Shown here one piece after another: positions 46,340 through 55,233 of a stretch of DNA of 64,000 nucleotides (position 1 is its first letter; every line of letters begins with the position of its first letter). The notes under the pieces were generated by a model, which made no database searches, had not been told where the DNA came from, and saw only the letters and a program-made list of their open reading frames with translations. The translations under genes were made by a program, and so were the position numbers. The stretch covers positions 10,306-74,305 of the forward strand of contig DATJSJ010000231.1 in the NCBI GenBank assembly GCA_035504175.1, written 5' to 3'. The DNA comes from Acetobacteraceae bacterium (GTDB lineage: Bacteria; Pseudomonadota; Alphaproteobacteria; Acetobacterales; Acetobacteraceae).

Positions 46340-46671
46340 CAGTCTCTCCCGCGTCACGCGCGTTGAGATCGCCAGGCCGGCACCGATCGGTGCTCCCGGC
46401 CGCCGGCTTTCGCGGCGCCGCAGCCGCCGGATGCATCGGCGCGCTGCGAATCGCCGGTCGGGAGGGGCCTGCGACGCCGTGCATCGAATGTTCGGCAGCC
46501 CGGGGGCCGTGGCAAGCCGGCCGGCCTGAAACCACTCGCCGTGACCCCCGCAGGGTCGTGGATCGCCGGATGGCGCCTGCGCCGGCGGCAGGCGCCCGTT
46601 GCCGCGACGCGGCCAGTCGGCGCGTGGCCGGGGCCATGGTAAGGGGGCAGAGCGGCGGAGGGCGGCGAGAC

Positions 46672-47607
46672 ATGGCCAGGCACAGGATCGGCATCATCGG
46701 GCTCGGCAAGATCGCCCAGGACCAGCATCTGCCGGTGATCGCCGCGAGCCCGGCCTTCGAGCTGGTCGCCGTGTCGAGCCAGCGCGGGCTCGGCGCGCCC
46801 GGCGCCGCCCGCAGCGTGCGGGAGTACGCCGAACTGCTCGCCCTGCCGGACGTGGAGGCGGTGGCGATCTGCACCCCGCCCCAGGTGCGGCACCGCATCG
46901 CCCGCGCGGCGCTGCTCGCCGGCAAGCACGTGATGCTGGAGAAGCCGCCGGCCGCAACCACCAGCGAGCTCGCCGATCTGGTCGAGATCGCCGAGCGGGC
47001 CGGGCGCGTGCTGTTCGCGACCTGGCACTCGCAATACAACGAAGCCGTCGAGGAGGCGGCACGACGGCTGGAAGGCGAGCGCCTTCGTTCCATGCGGGTC
47101 ACCTGGAAGGAGGATGTTCGCCGCTGGCATCCCGGCCAGGCCTGGATCTGGCAGGCCGGCGGGTTCGGGGTGTTCGATCCCGGGATCAACGCGCTGTCCA
47201 TCGTGACCCGCGTCCTGCCCGACCCCGCCTTCATCCGCCAGGCGACGCTCCACGTGCCGTCCAACGCCGATGCGCCGATCGCGGCGAGCCTCGAATTCGG
47301 GAGCGGCGAGGGCGACGCGGCGATGCGGGCGGAATTCGACTGGCGCCAGGAGGGCGAGCAGATCTGGGAGATCGCGCTCGAGACCGCGGCGGGACGCTCG
47401 CTGCTGCTCGATCGCGGCGGCGCCCGGCTCGCCGTTGACGGGGCGGTGCTGGTCGACCGGGCGCCGGCCGAGTACGAGGCGATCTACGCGCGGTTCGACG
47501 CGCTGCTGCGCGCGGGGCATTCCGCGGTCGACGAGCGACCGTTCCGCCTGGTCGCCGACGCGTTCATGATCGGCCGCCGCATCGACGTGGAGGCATTCCA
47601 CGAATAG
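46672..47607 (+). CDS. Gfo/Idh/MocA-family NAD(P)-dependent oxidoreductase (D-galactose 1-dehydrogenase-like)
   Basis: The ATG at 46672 gives MARHRIGIIGLGKIAQDQHLPVI (Rossmann), AICTPPQVRH, HVMLEKPPA (EKP motif). Confidence 0.85.
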   Translation: MARHRIGIIGLGKIAQDQHLPVIAASPAFELVAVSSQRGLGAPGAARSVREYAELLALPDVEAVAICTPPQVRHRIARAALLAGKHVMLEKPPAATTSELADLVEIAERAGRVLFATWHSQYNEAVEEAARRLEGERLRSMRVTWKEDVRRWHPGQAWIWQAGGFGVFDPGINALSIVTRVLPDPAFIRQATLHVPSNADAPIAASLEFGSGEGDAAMRAEFDWRQEGEQIWEIALETAAGRSLLLDRGGARLAVDGAVLVDRAPAEYEAIYARFDALLRAGHSAVDERPFRLVADAFMIGRRIDVEAFHE

Positions 47608-47615
47608 GCCGGCCG

Positions 47616-48281
47616 ATGGCCGGGGAGGCCGCGCCCGAGGTTGATGCGGGGCCCGCGGTCGCGGCCCCGTACCTCGCCCTGATTGCCGGCTGGACGGACG
47701 CGATCGGCTACCTGCAGGGCCACGCCTTCGCCGCCAACATGACCGGCAATACGGTGCTGCTCGGCATTTCGCTGGCGGCGGGGCAGTGGCGCGCGGCGGG
47801 CTGGCGCGCCGCCATCATCGCCGCCTATTGCCTCGGCCTGCTGACCGCCCGGCTGATGGTGGAGGCGCGGCGGGGTGCGGTCGCGGCGATGCTGCCGGCA
47901 GCGGTGCTGATCGGCTACTGCGCCTTCGCCCAGGTCATGCCGCGCGACCTGCTGCTGCTGGCCGTGGCGCTGGGGCTGCAGAACGCCTCGATGACCCGGT
48001 TCGGCGGCACCCGGATGAACACCACCTTCCTGACCGGCGATCTGGAGCGACTGGCGGAGGGGGTGGCGGGCTGGTTGCGGCGCGGCCGGCAGGCCGAGGG
48101 CGTCGGGCCGGTGCCGTGGCTGTGGCTCGCCTACGCGGCCGGGGCGCTGCTCGGCGCCGGGGCCGAGGCGTGGCTGCCCTACCCGCTGCTGGTGCCGGCG
48201 CTGCTGCTCGCCGCGGGGGCCGCCCTGCTGTCGTTCTGGCGCCAGCGGCAGCGGCCGTCGGCAGCAGGTGACAAGCCATAA
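47616..48281 (+). CDS. YoaK-family (DUF1275) membrane protein
   Basis: LIAGWTDAIGYLQGHAFAANMTGNTVLLG...LQNASMTRFGG.RMNTTFLTGDL. Confidence 0.8.
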   Translation: MAGEAAPEVDAGPAVAAPYLALIAGWTDAIGYLQGHAFAANMTGNTVLLGISLAAGQWRAAGWRAAIIAAYCLGLLTARLMVEARRGAVAAMLPAAVLIGYCAFAQVMPRDLLLLAVALGLQNASMTRFGGTRMNTTFLTGDLERLAEGVAGWLRRGRQAEGVGPVPWLWLAYAAGALLGAGAEAWLPYPLLVPALLLAAGAALLSFWRQRQRPSAAGDKP

Positions 48282-48462
48282 CCGGTTCTGCATACTGACG
48301 TCTTACGCTGCCGCTTGCGCCCGGAGTGCCGGCGGGTTCAGCGTTTTGCCACCTGCTCCTTGTCCCGCCGTTCGCCGCGATGAGGCCCGGCAACCGTTGC
48401 CCTGAAGAGGGTCAGTGAGACTGCAGACCAGGCCCAAGTCCGGATCGCCGGCACGATACTCC

Positions 48463-49971
48463 ATGACCGTGGAGTCGCGGTTCGACCCGTCGGCGGATCC
48501 TGATACGGGCGGACTGCCGCCGGCACGGCGCCGCATGCTGATCGGCGCCATGCTGGTCTCGACCTTCATGGCGGCGGTCGAAGTCACGGTGATCAGCACC
48601 GCCATGCCGACGATCATCGCACGGCTCGGCGGCTTCGCGCTGTTCAGCTGGGCGTTCGGCATCTACCTGCTGGCGCAGGCGGTGATGACGCCGATCTATG
48701 GCCGGCTCGCCGATCTCTATGGCCGCAAGATCGTCTATCTCGGCAGCACGGCGCTGTTCCTGGTCGGCTCGCTGCTGTGCGGCCTAGCCTGGAGCATGCC
48801 GTCGCTGATTGCCTTCCGCGCCATCCAGGGGATCGGCGGTGGCGCGCTCACGCCACTGGCGACGATCGTGGTGAGCGACGTCTGTCCGCCGGCGGAGCGG
48901 CCGCGCGCCTTCGGCCAGATCAGCGCGGTCTGGGGCATCTCGGCGATCGTGGGCCCGGTGCTCGGCGCGTTCTTCGTCGCGCATCTGACCTGGTCGTTCG
49001 TGTTCTGGATCAACCTGCCGATCGGCGCCGTGGCGATGACGCTGGTGGCGAAGCTGCTGCACGAGCCGGGGCTGCGGCGGCGGCACCGGGTCGACTATCG
49101 CGGCGCGGTGCTGCTGATGCTGAGCGCCGGGCCGTTGATGCTGGTGCTGGTGCAATATGGAACGCTGCCCGTGACGGCAACGCTGGCCCTGCTCGCCGGC
49201 GGCCTCGTCGCGGCGGCGTTGCTGGTGCGGAATGAACGGCGTGCGTCCGAGCCGATGCTGCCGGTGCATCTGTGGCGGCAGCGCATGGTCATCGTGGCCA
49301 ATCTCTCGGCGCTGCTGTGCGGCGCGCTGCTGATCGCACTGACCGGGTTCCTGCCGACCTACATTCAGGGCGTGGCCGGGGGCAGCGTGCTGCAGGCGGG
49401 GATGACGCTCGGGGTCATGTCGGTCAGCTGGACGCTGGCGAGCATGGCGATCGGCCGCTTCCTGACCGGCTTCTCGTGTCGCAGCGTCTCGGCGTTCGGC
49501 GGCCTTGCGGCGCTGATCGGCAGCCTCGGGCTGCTGGCGCTGACGCGCGGCCAGCACCCGGCCTGGCTTTGGGGCGAGTGTGTGTTGCTCGGCGTCGGGC
49601 TGGGGCTGAACAGCATCACCTTCATCCTGGCGATCCAGTCCTGCGTCGGGTGGAGCGATCGCGGCCGCGCGACCTCGCTGTTCTATTTCTGCCGCCTGTT
49701 CGGACAGGCGCTCGGCGCGGCGGCGTTCGGCGGCATCCTCAATGCCGGCATCATGCGGGCGGCGCCCGGGGCGCCGGCCTTCATTCCGATGCTGGTCGAC
49801 GCGCATCAGCGGGCAGCGCTGTCGCGCGCCGTGCTCGACCACCTGGTCGGCGTGCTGCAGACGGCGTTGCACGGCGTGTATCTCGCGGCGGCGGTGGTGG
49901 CGATCGCCGCCTTCGCGGTGACCCTGCTCGCGCCACCGGGCCTGTTCATCGGCGGCAGTCGGGCCGAGTGA
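48463..49971 (+). CDS. MFS transporter, 14-TM DHA2 (EmrB/QacA-like) type
   Basis: MLIGAMLVSTFMAAVEVTVISTAMPTIIARLGG...YGRLADLYGRKIVYL (motif A)...AFRAIQGIGGGAL. The start may be the ATG at 48463 or the ORF-track start at 48415. Confidence 0.88.
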   Translation: MTVESRFDPSADPDTGGLPPARRRMLIGAMLVSTFMAAVEVTVISTAMPTIIARLGGFALFSWAFGIYLLAQAVMTPIYGRLADLYGRKIVYLGSTALFLVGSLLCGLAWSMPSLIAFRAIQGIGGGALTPLATIVVSDVCPPAERPRAFGQISAVWGISAIVGPVLGAFFVAHLTWSFVFWINLPIGAVAMTLVAKLLHEPGLRRRHRVDYRGAVLLMLSAGPLMLVLVQYGTLPVTATLALLAGGLVAAALLVRNERRASEPMLPVHLWRQRMVIVANLSALLCGALLIALTGFLPTYIQGVAGGSVLQAGMTLGVMSVSWTLASMAIGRFLTGFSCRSVSAFGGLAALIGSLGLLALTRGQHPAWLWGECVLLGVGLGLNSITFILAIQSCVGWSDRGRATSLFYFCRLFGQALGAAAFGGILNAGIMRAAPGAPAFIPMLVDAHQRAALSRAVLDHLVGVLQTALHGVYLAAAVVAIAAFAVTLLAPPGLFIGGSRAE

Positions 49972-50149
49972 CCTTCCTGCGGGGCCGGGACCGGTAACCG
50001 GCTCGGCGGCCGGGCGAAGCTACGGCGGGACCCGCCGAAGCATCCCGGCTTGCGTGGTGGCGTTCCAGCGCAATGTCTCGCCCGATATGTGCGGGCCGGC
50101 ACGGCCGGCCGCGCCGCCGTTGCTCGACCACCTGCTCCGGAGGAATTGC

Positions 50150-51214
50150 ATGAACGTGCACGCCGAGGCTCGCCCTGCGATCGATCCTGGCCGGTATTTC
50201 GAGGCGGTCGGCGATCGGCGGACCCCGGTCGCGGAGGCGGAGCCGGTATGCCTCTACCTGGAGGTGACCAATCGCTGCAATTTGCTGTGCGAGACCTGTC
50301 CGCGCACCTTCGAGGAACTCGAGCCGCCCGGCGACATGAGCTGGGACCTGTTCACGCGCATCGTGAACCAGGTTCCGCGGATCGAGCGGGTGGTGCTGCA
50401 CGGGGTCGGCGAGCCGATGCTGGTGCGCAGCCTGCCCCGGATGGTGCGGTATCTGAAGGCACGCGGCACCTACGTGCTGTTCAACACCAACGGCACGCTG
50501 CTGAACGAGCGCAAGGCGCGGGAGCTGGCGGAGGCCGGGCTGGATGAGCTGCGCGTCTCGCTCGATGCCGCCGACGCGGCGACGTTCCGCATGGTGCGCG
50601 GGCGCGACATGTTCGACCGCATCGTGCGCAACGTGCGCAATTTTGCGGCTGTGCAACGGGCGGAGGGGCTGGCGCGGCCGAAGCTGTCGCTGTGGCTCAC
50701 CGGGCTGAAGGAGACGATCGGGCAGCTTCCCGATTTCGTGCGGCTGGCCGAGACGATGGGGGTGCGAGCGGTGCACCTGCAGCGCCTGACCTATCTGCCG
50801 GAGGGCCAGGGGCTGGCGCGCGAGGCCTCGGCGCTGTTCGAGCGCAGCACGAAGGAGGACATGGCGGCGATCGAGGCGGCGGCGGCGATCGCGGAGTCGC
50901 TCGGGATCTACTTCGATGCCTCGGGCGCGACGGAACCGGGCAGCAGCCTGCAGCGCGCCGCGGACGATCAGCCCTGGTCGCTCTGCCGGCGGCCCTGGTC
51001 GCTGATGTATTTCACGGCGCACGGGCGGGCGATTCCGTGCTGCATCGCGCCGTTCTCGATGCGCGGCTATGACGCGTTCACGTTGGGTGATGCGACGCGG
51101 GAGAGCCTGCGCGCGATCTGGAACGGACCGCGCTATCAGGACTTCCGTGCCGCGCTGCTGAGCGACGCGCCGCCGAGTGCCTGTGCCAGTTGCGGGTTGC
51201 GCTGGAGCCTGTGA
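50150..51214 (+). CDS. Radical SAM enzyme with C-terminal SPASM/twitch-like Cys cluster
   Basis: The ATG at 50150 follows GGAGGA. LYLEVTNRCNLLCETCPRT (CX3CX2C), VVLHGVGEPML, FNTNGTLL. C-terminus: CRRPWSLMYFTAHGRAIPCCIAPF...PSACASCGL. Confidence 0.85.
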   Translation: MNVHAEARPAIDPGRYFEAVGDRRTPVAEAEPVCLYLEVTNRCNLLCETCPRTFEELEPPGDMSWDLFTRIVNQVPRIERVVLHGVGEPMLVRSLPRMVRYLKARGTYVLFNTNGTLLNERKARELAEAGLDELRVSLDAADAATFRMVRGRDMFDRIVRNVRNFAAVQRAEGLARPKLSLWLTGLKETIGQLPDFVRLAETMGVRAVHLQRLTYLPEGQGLAREASALFERSTKEDMAAIEAAAAIAESLGIYFDASGATEPGSSLQRAADDQPWSLCRRPWSLMYFTAHGRAIPCCIAPFSMRGYDAFTLGDATRESLRAIWNGPRYQDFRAALLSDAPPSACASCGLRWSL

Positions 51215-51222
51215 GCCGGGCC

Positions 51223-51912
51223 ATGCCGCCGGTGGCGCTGGTCGTGCCGGTTATCGACGAGGCGGCGGCGATCGGCGCCGTGGTGCGCGCGGTGCCGCGC
51301 GACTGGGTGGCCTCGGTGATCGTGGTCGATGGCGGCAGCCGGGATGACACGGTGGCGGTGGCGCGGGAAGCGGGTGCCGAGGTGGTGGTCGAGGGCCGTC
51401 GCGGTTACGGGCGCGCCTGCCTCACCGGCGTCGAGGCGGCCGCCGCGCGCGGCGCAGAAGTGGTGGCGTTCATGGACGGCGACGGCAGCGACCGGCCGGA
51501 GCATCTGCCGGACTTGCTGCGGCCGATCCTCGATGGTGCTGCGGACTTCACCATCGGCTCGCGGGCGCGCGGCGATCGTGAGCGGGGAAGCATGGGTGCG
51601 CACCAGCTTTGGGCCGGTCGCGCCATCGGTTTCGGCGTGCGGGTGTTGTACGGCGTTGGCTACACCGACATGTGTGCATTGCGCGCAATCCGGATGGATG
51701 TGTTGCGTGGTCTCGGGATGCGCGAGATGACGTATGGCTGGAATCTGGAGATGCAGATGCGCGTCGCCCGGGCGCGTTGGCGCGTGCTGGAGGTTCCGGT
51801 CGCGCATCGCCGCCGTCGCGGCGGCGAGTCGAAGGTATCCGGTACCGTTCGCGGGACGTTGCGGGCGGGCAGCCGCATTCTGGCGACGATGGCGCGGGTC
51901 GCGCTGGAATAG
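51223..51912 (+). CDS. Glycosyltransferase family 2 (polyprenyl-phosphate sugar synthase-like)
   Basis: VALVVPVIDEAAAIG...VIVVDGGSRDDT...VAFMDGDGSD (DxD)...FTIGSR...GYTDMCALRAIR. Confidence 0.85.
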   Translation: MPPVALVVPVIDEAAAIGAVVRAVPRDWVASVIVVDGGSRDDTVAVAREAGAEVVVEGRRGYGRACLTGVEAAAARGAEVVAFMDGDGSDRPEHLPDLLRPILDGAADFTIGSRARGDRERGSMGAHQLWAGRAIGFGVRVLYGVGYTDMCALRAIRMDVLRGLGMREMTYGWNLEMQMRVARARWRVLEVPVAHRRRRGGESKVSGTVRGTLRAGSRILATMARVALE

Positions 51913-51913
51913 G

Positions 51914-53302
51914 TCAAAGGGGTGCAGGGGACGACTGTCCCCTGCCGGGGTCGAGGGGCAGAGCCCCTGGCCTTATTTTTCTGATGTCCCAGATCACCAG
52001 GCCGAGAAACACGCTCCAGACCGCGGCATGGAGCGGCGGCGCGATCGATGCCGGCGCGGCGTAAAACAGCACCACGGCGACGGCGAGCCATATCGAGGAC
52101 GCCGCCGGCGTAAGACAGGCGAAGTAAGCGAGCCACCCATAATACCAGGGGTAATGCGGCGTCAGGACCGCCGTGGTCGCCGTCGCCAGCACCAGCATGT
52201 CGCGTCCGATGATGCGCAGTCGCGCCGCGGGATCGAGTGGCAGCGCTGGCCGCCAGGCGATACGCAGGGCGAGTGCCGCCAGCAGCAGGAGTGCGAGTCC
52301 GACATAGGCCGGGCCGACCCATCGCGGCAGCGTCACGACGTGGCCGACGAGATCGAGCCATTCGATGCCGCGGCCGCTTCGCAGCCCCTCTTCCTTCGTG
52401 TAGCCGGGGAGGTAGCCGAGGATGTGGGTGCCGGCGCCGAGATAGGGCAGGTAGGCGACGGCGACGGCGGCGACGAAGGCGGCGGGCAGGAGGCGGTCCC
52501 AGCGGCGCCAGAGCGCGGGCGCGAGGGCCACTGGCAACAGCTTGCAGAGCGTGGCCGCGGCGAGTGCGAGTGCGGCAAGTCCCGTGCGGCGCCAGGTCGC
52601 GGCGAGCAGGGCGAGCGCGATGAAGACGAGCGCGGCCGCATCGATATGGCCGTTGCCGGCGAATTCCCATGGGGTCAGCGGGTTCCAGGCGTAGATCAGG
52701 ATGGCGGCTTGCGGTCGCCCGGCGACGCGTAGCAGGTGGAGCATGACGCCGATCGCCAGGAGTTCCAGCGCCAGCATCGCGGCTTTCATGGTGAAAATCG
52801 TCGCGCCGATGCGCGTGACGCCGAAGAACAGCATCTGCGCCACGGGCGGATAGATCGTGCGCGCCGTGTCGCGGCGGCCGATATGCGGGTAGATCGCGGC
52901 ATCGCGCAGTGGTGCCAGGGCGGGTGCGTCGGGGATGTAGCGGTAGGGGTTGATGCCGGCGGCCTGGACGCGGCCGTCCCAGACGTAGCGGTAGATGTCG
53001 GAGGAGAGGAAGGGCGGGCCGGCGAGCGCGATCAGCCGCGTCACGAGGGCGACGCCGAGCACGATCCAGAGCGCCGCTCGCGGCAGCGGCGCGCGCTGCA
53101 GCTGGGCAATGGCGGCGAAGTAAAGCAGGGTGGCAGTGACTGCCAGGGCAACGAAGCCGTCGATCCGCGCGTGCGATCCGATATCGACGGCGCCGGGGCG
53201 GTGCAGGGCGAGGCCGCCGGCGGTGAGCGCCACGAGACCGATTCCCAGCGCGGCGAAGCGAAGCGTCGCGGCGCGCGGCGGAGCCGCGCCGGGTGGCGTC
53301 AT
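51914..53302 (-). CDS. Polytopic membrane glycosyltransferase, GT87/DUF2029-like (GT-C fold)
   Basis: 462 aa with more than 10 TM helices. The N-terminal loop LSSDIYRYVWDGRVQAAGINPYRY matches the DUF2029/mannosyltransferase acidic-loop signature. The last 17-20 codons read through REP-like hairpins. Confidence 0.75.
   Translation of the reverse strand: MTPPGAAPPRAATLRFAALGIGLVALTAGGLALHRPGAVDIGSHARIDGFVALAVTATLLYFAAIAQLQRAPLPRAALWIVLGVALVTRLIALAGPPFLSSDIYRYVWDGRVQAAGINPYRYIPDAPALAPLRDAAIYPHIGRRDTARTIYPPVAQMLFFGVTRIGATIFTMKAAMLALELLAIGVMLHLLRVAGRPQAAILIYAWNPLTPWEFAGNGHIDAAALVFIALALLAATWRRTGLAALALAAATLCKLLPVALAPALWRRWDRLLPAAFVAAVAVAYLPYLGAGTHILGYLPGYTKEEGLRSGRGIEWLDLVGHVVTLPRWVGPAYVGLALLLLAALALRIAWRPALPLDPAARLRIIGRDMLVLATATTAVLTPHYPWYYGWLAYFACLTPAASSIWLAVAVVLFYAAPASIAPPLHAAVWSVFLGLVIWDIRKIRPGALPLDPGRGQSSPAPL
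51924..51968. repeat. Two GC-rich stem-loops of the same family, inside the 3' end of the GT87-like gene
   Basis: GCAGGGGAC-GACT-GTCCCCTGC (51924-51945) and AGGGGC-AGA-GCCCCT (51954-51968). Confidence 0.5.
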
Positions 53303-54081
53303 TGCGGGGGCAGAGCGCCCTCCATCCGGGCGCGGTGGTGGCGATCGAGGCCGAGCCGGGCGATGCAGGCGCGCGTCGCCGGCGCGGCAAAGCCTGCGCC
53401 GGGTGCAGCGAGTTCGCGCAGCAACCGGGTCAGGGCGTCGCCGTCATCGACATCGTACCAGGGCGGCAGATCGACGAGCGGGAGGTCGCGTTCGGCAATG
53501 CGGGTTCGGGTCTGGACGGCGACGCGATCGGTGCTCCAGTCGATCGCGGAGAAAAGGTGCGGATCGGGCGTTTGCATGCCGAGCAGATAGTATCCGCCAT
53601 CCTCGGCCGGGCCGAGTACGGCACGCGGTCCGGGGCGAAGCAGGGCGGTGGCGGCTTCGATCAGGCGGTCGGTCGGCAAGGTCGGACTATCGGCGTTCAG
53701 CACGCAGACGGCGCCGAAACCCCGGTCGAAGAGCGCCCTCGTCGCATGCAACAGCGAGCGGCCGAAACCCTGCACCGTGTCCGGCATGGCGCCAGTGCCG
53801 TCGGCCAGCACGAGGCCGGTGTCGGGGGCGAGAAGCCCGTCGAACAGCGAATCCGATCCGGCCGGGGCGTAGGCGACGAAGCCCGCGATCGGCGCGTCAC
53901 GCGCGGCGCATCGCAGGTTGGCGGTGACGTCGCGCAGGAAGGCGGCGCCCATCGCCATCGCCTCGTCCGGCGAGAGCGGCGGCGAGAGCCGCGTTTTCAC
54001 CCGTCCCGGGCGTGGCGCCTTGGCCATGACGGCGATGGCGCAACGCCCGGCGTTGCCGGCGCGGCCGTCGATATGCGTCAT
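53299..54081 (-). CDS. DUF2064-family (TIGR04282-like, CofC-like fold) putative nucleotidyl/glycosyl transferase
   Basis: CAIAVMAKAPRPGRVKTRLSPPLSPDEAMAMGAAFLRDV is the family hallmark. The stop overlaps the GT87-like start by 4 nt. Confidence 0.8.
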   Translation of the reverse strand: MTHIDGRAGNAGRCAIAVMAKAPRPGRVKTRLSPPLSPDEAMAMGAAFLRDVTANLRCAARDAPIAGFVAYAPAGSDSLFDGLLAPDTGLVLADGTGAMPDTVQGFGRSLLHATRALFDRGFGAVCVLNADSPTLPTDRLIEAATALLRPGPRAVLGPAEDGGYYLLGMQTPDPHLFSAIDWSTDRVAVQTRTRIAERDLPLVDLPPWYDVDDGDALTRLLRELAAPGAGFAAPATRACIARLGLDRHHRARMEGALPPQ

Positions 54082-54301
54082 GCGGAGCGAAGCAGGCTGT
54101 GGCTGCGAAACGCGAGCGCCGGCCGGAGCGGGCCGTGCCGGTGCATGGGCGTCGGTCGCGGCAAGGGTGCCTCCATGACGGGTGGTCCTGCCGCCTGTTT
54201 CGCCGCCGCCGCTCGCCGGTGACCTGCGCGACCTGCGAACGTGATCGCCCGATTGCGACCGCGCCGCCGGGCGGGGCCGCGCGGGGCGGCCCCGACGAGG
54301 G

Positions 54302-54706
54302 TTACTGTTTCTTTTCGCCGTTCGGGCCGAACTGCTCCAGATAGGCGATGACGTCGTTGACCTTCTGCGGATCGTGCAGGCCCGGGAAGATCATCTTGGT
54401 GCCGGGCACGACCTTTTGCGGGTCGGCCAGGTATTTCTGCAGCTCCGGCACGGTCCAGGTGATGCCGGAGCTCTTGTTGGCGTTGGAATAGCTGTAGCCG
54501 GGATAAGTGCCGGCCTTGCGGCCGACCACCCCGTTCAGGACGGGGCCCACGGAATTATGCGCGCCGGGGCCGATCTGGTGGCAGGCGCGGCAGATGATCG
54601 CGGTTTTCTCCCCCTGAGCGGCATTGCCGATCGGGGCTTCGTCCGCGAAGGCGGGCATGGCGACGAGCAGGGCCATCAGCCCGGTGAGGCATGCGGCAGT
54701 TTTCAC
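54302..54706 (-). CDS. Class I c-type cytochrome (c2/c550-like), Sec signal
   Basis: MKTAACLTGLMALLVAMPAFA signal, CRACHQ heme site, distal PGTKMIFPGL (Met ligand). Confidence 0.9.
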   Translation of the reverse strand: MKTAACLTGLMALLVAMPAFADEAPIGNAAQGEKTAIICRACHQIGPGAHNSVGPVLNGVVGRKAGTYPGYSYSNANKSSGITWTVPELQKYLADPQKVVPGTKMIFPGLHDPQKVNDVIAYLEQFGPNGEKKQ

Positions 54707-54911
54707 GAGTCCCCCCTTCCCCAGACGACGATTCGTCGAGACGACAACGGCCCGACGTCATTGTGCCGTGCAGGCGTTTTGCCCTGACGGCGACACCACA
54801 TCACCGGCGGACGCGGTCGCGCACCCGCCGACGAACGGCGTGGGAAGCTTCGATGCAGGGCGGCGGCTTGTCAACGCGCCGAAGGTCGCACACCCGGATC
54901 GCGCCGCCGGG

Positions 54912-55124
54912 TCAGCTTGGCTGATCCTCGGTGTCCGGCCAGGCGCAGCGGAAGCGTTGCACCCGATAGCCCGGATGCTCTCCCATGTACTGGGCCAGGT
55001 ACGGCTCCGCCTCGATCATGCAACTGCGCAACGAGCCCTGCGACTGGAACAGCAGGTGCTTTTCCTGGCATTGGGTGGGATTGAGCAGCGAGCATATCAC
55101 GACGATCAGGTCGACCAGGTTCAT
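54912..55124 (-). CDS. Hypothetical 70-aa protein with four Cys, downstream of fhcC
   Basis: The ATG at 55124 is preceded by GGGGGAGGAG. MNLVDLIVVICSLLNPTQCQEKHLLFQSQGSLRSCMIEAEPYLAQYMGEHPGYRVQRFRCAWPDTEDQPS. It is visibly A/T-richer than the flanks. In the ORF track it is fused into an artefactual 368-aa ORF. Confidence 0.5.
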   Translation of the reverse strand: MNLVDLIVVICSLLNPTQCQEKHLLFQSQGSLRSCMIEAEPYLAQYMGEHPGYRVQRFRCAWPDTEDQPS

Positions 55125-55233
55125 GGGCTCCTCCCCCGTATCGCCGCATCCTGCGCCGGTTCGGTTCGCCGCGCGCGACGGCTGTTTCCCATAAATTGGG
55201 CGAACCGAGGCTGGCGGAAGGGCGCCGTCCTCC

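Noticed and set aside
50073-50153. 26-aa ORF (MSRPICAGRHGRPRRRCSTTCSGGIA) ending in an ATGA overlap with the radical SAM/SPASM gene. It was tempting as a Cys-containing RiPP precursor.
   Set aside because: There is no RBS upstream of its ATG, the Arg-rich composition is typical of off-frame high-GC translation, and the rSAM gene's own RBS lies inside it. It is worth a quick conservation check, but the sequence alone does not support it.
50150-51214. Calling the radical SAM enzyme ArsS (arsenosugar synthase) because DUF2064 and a GT2 are adjacent.
   Set aside because: The cluster motif CNLLCETC and the SPASM-like tail do not look like the ArsS-type rSAM/Cys-rich domain as I remember it. No arsenic methyltransferase or ars genes are nearby. 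It is left as an uncharacterised rSAM.
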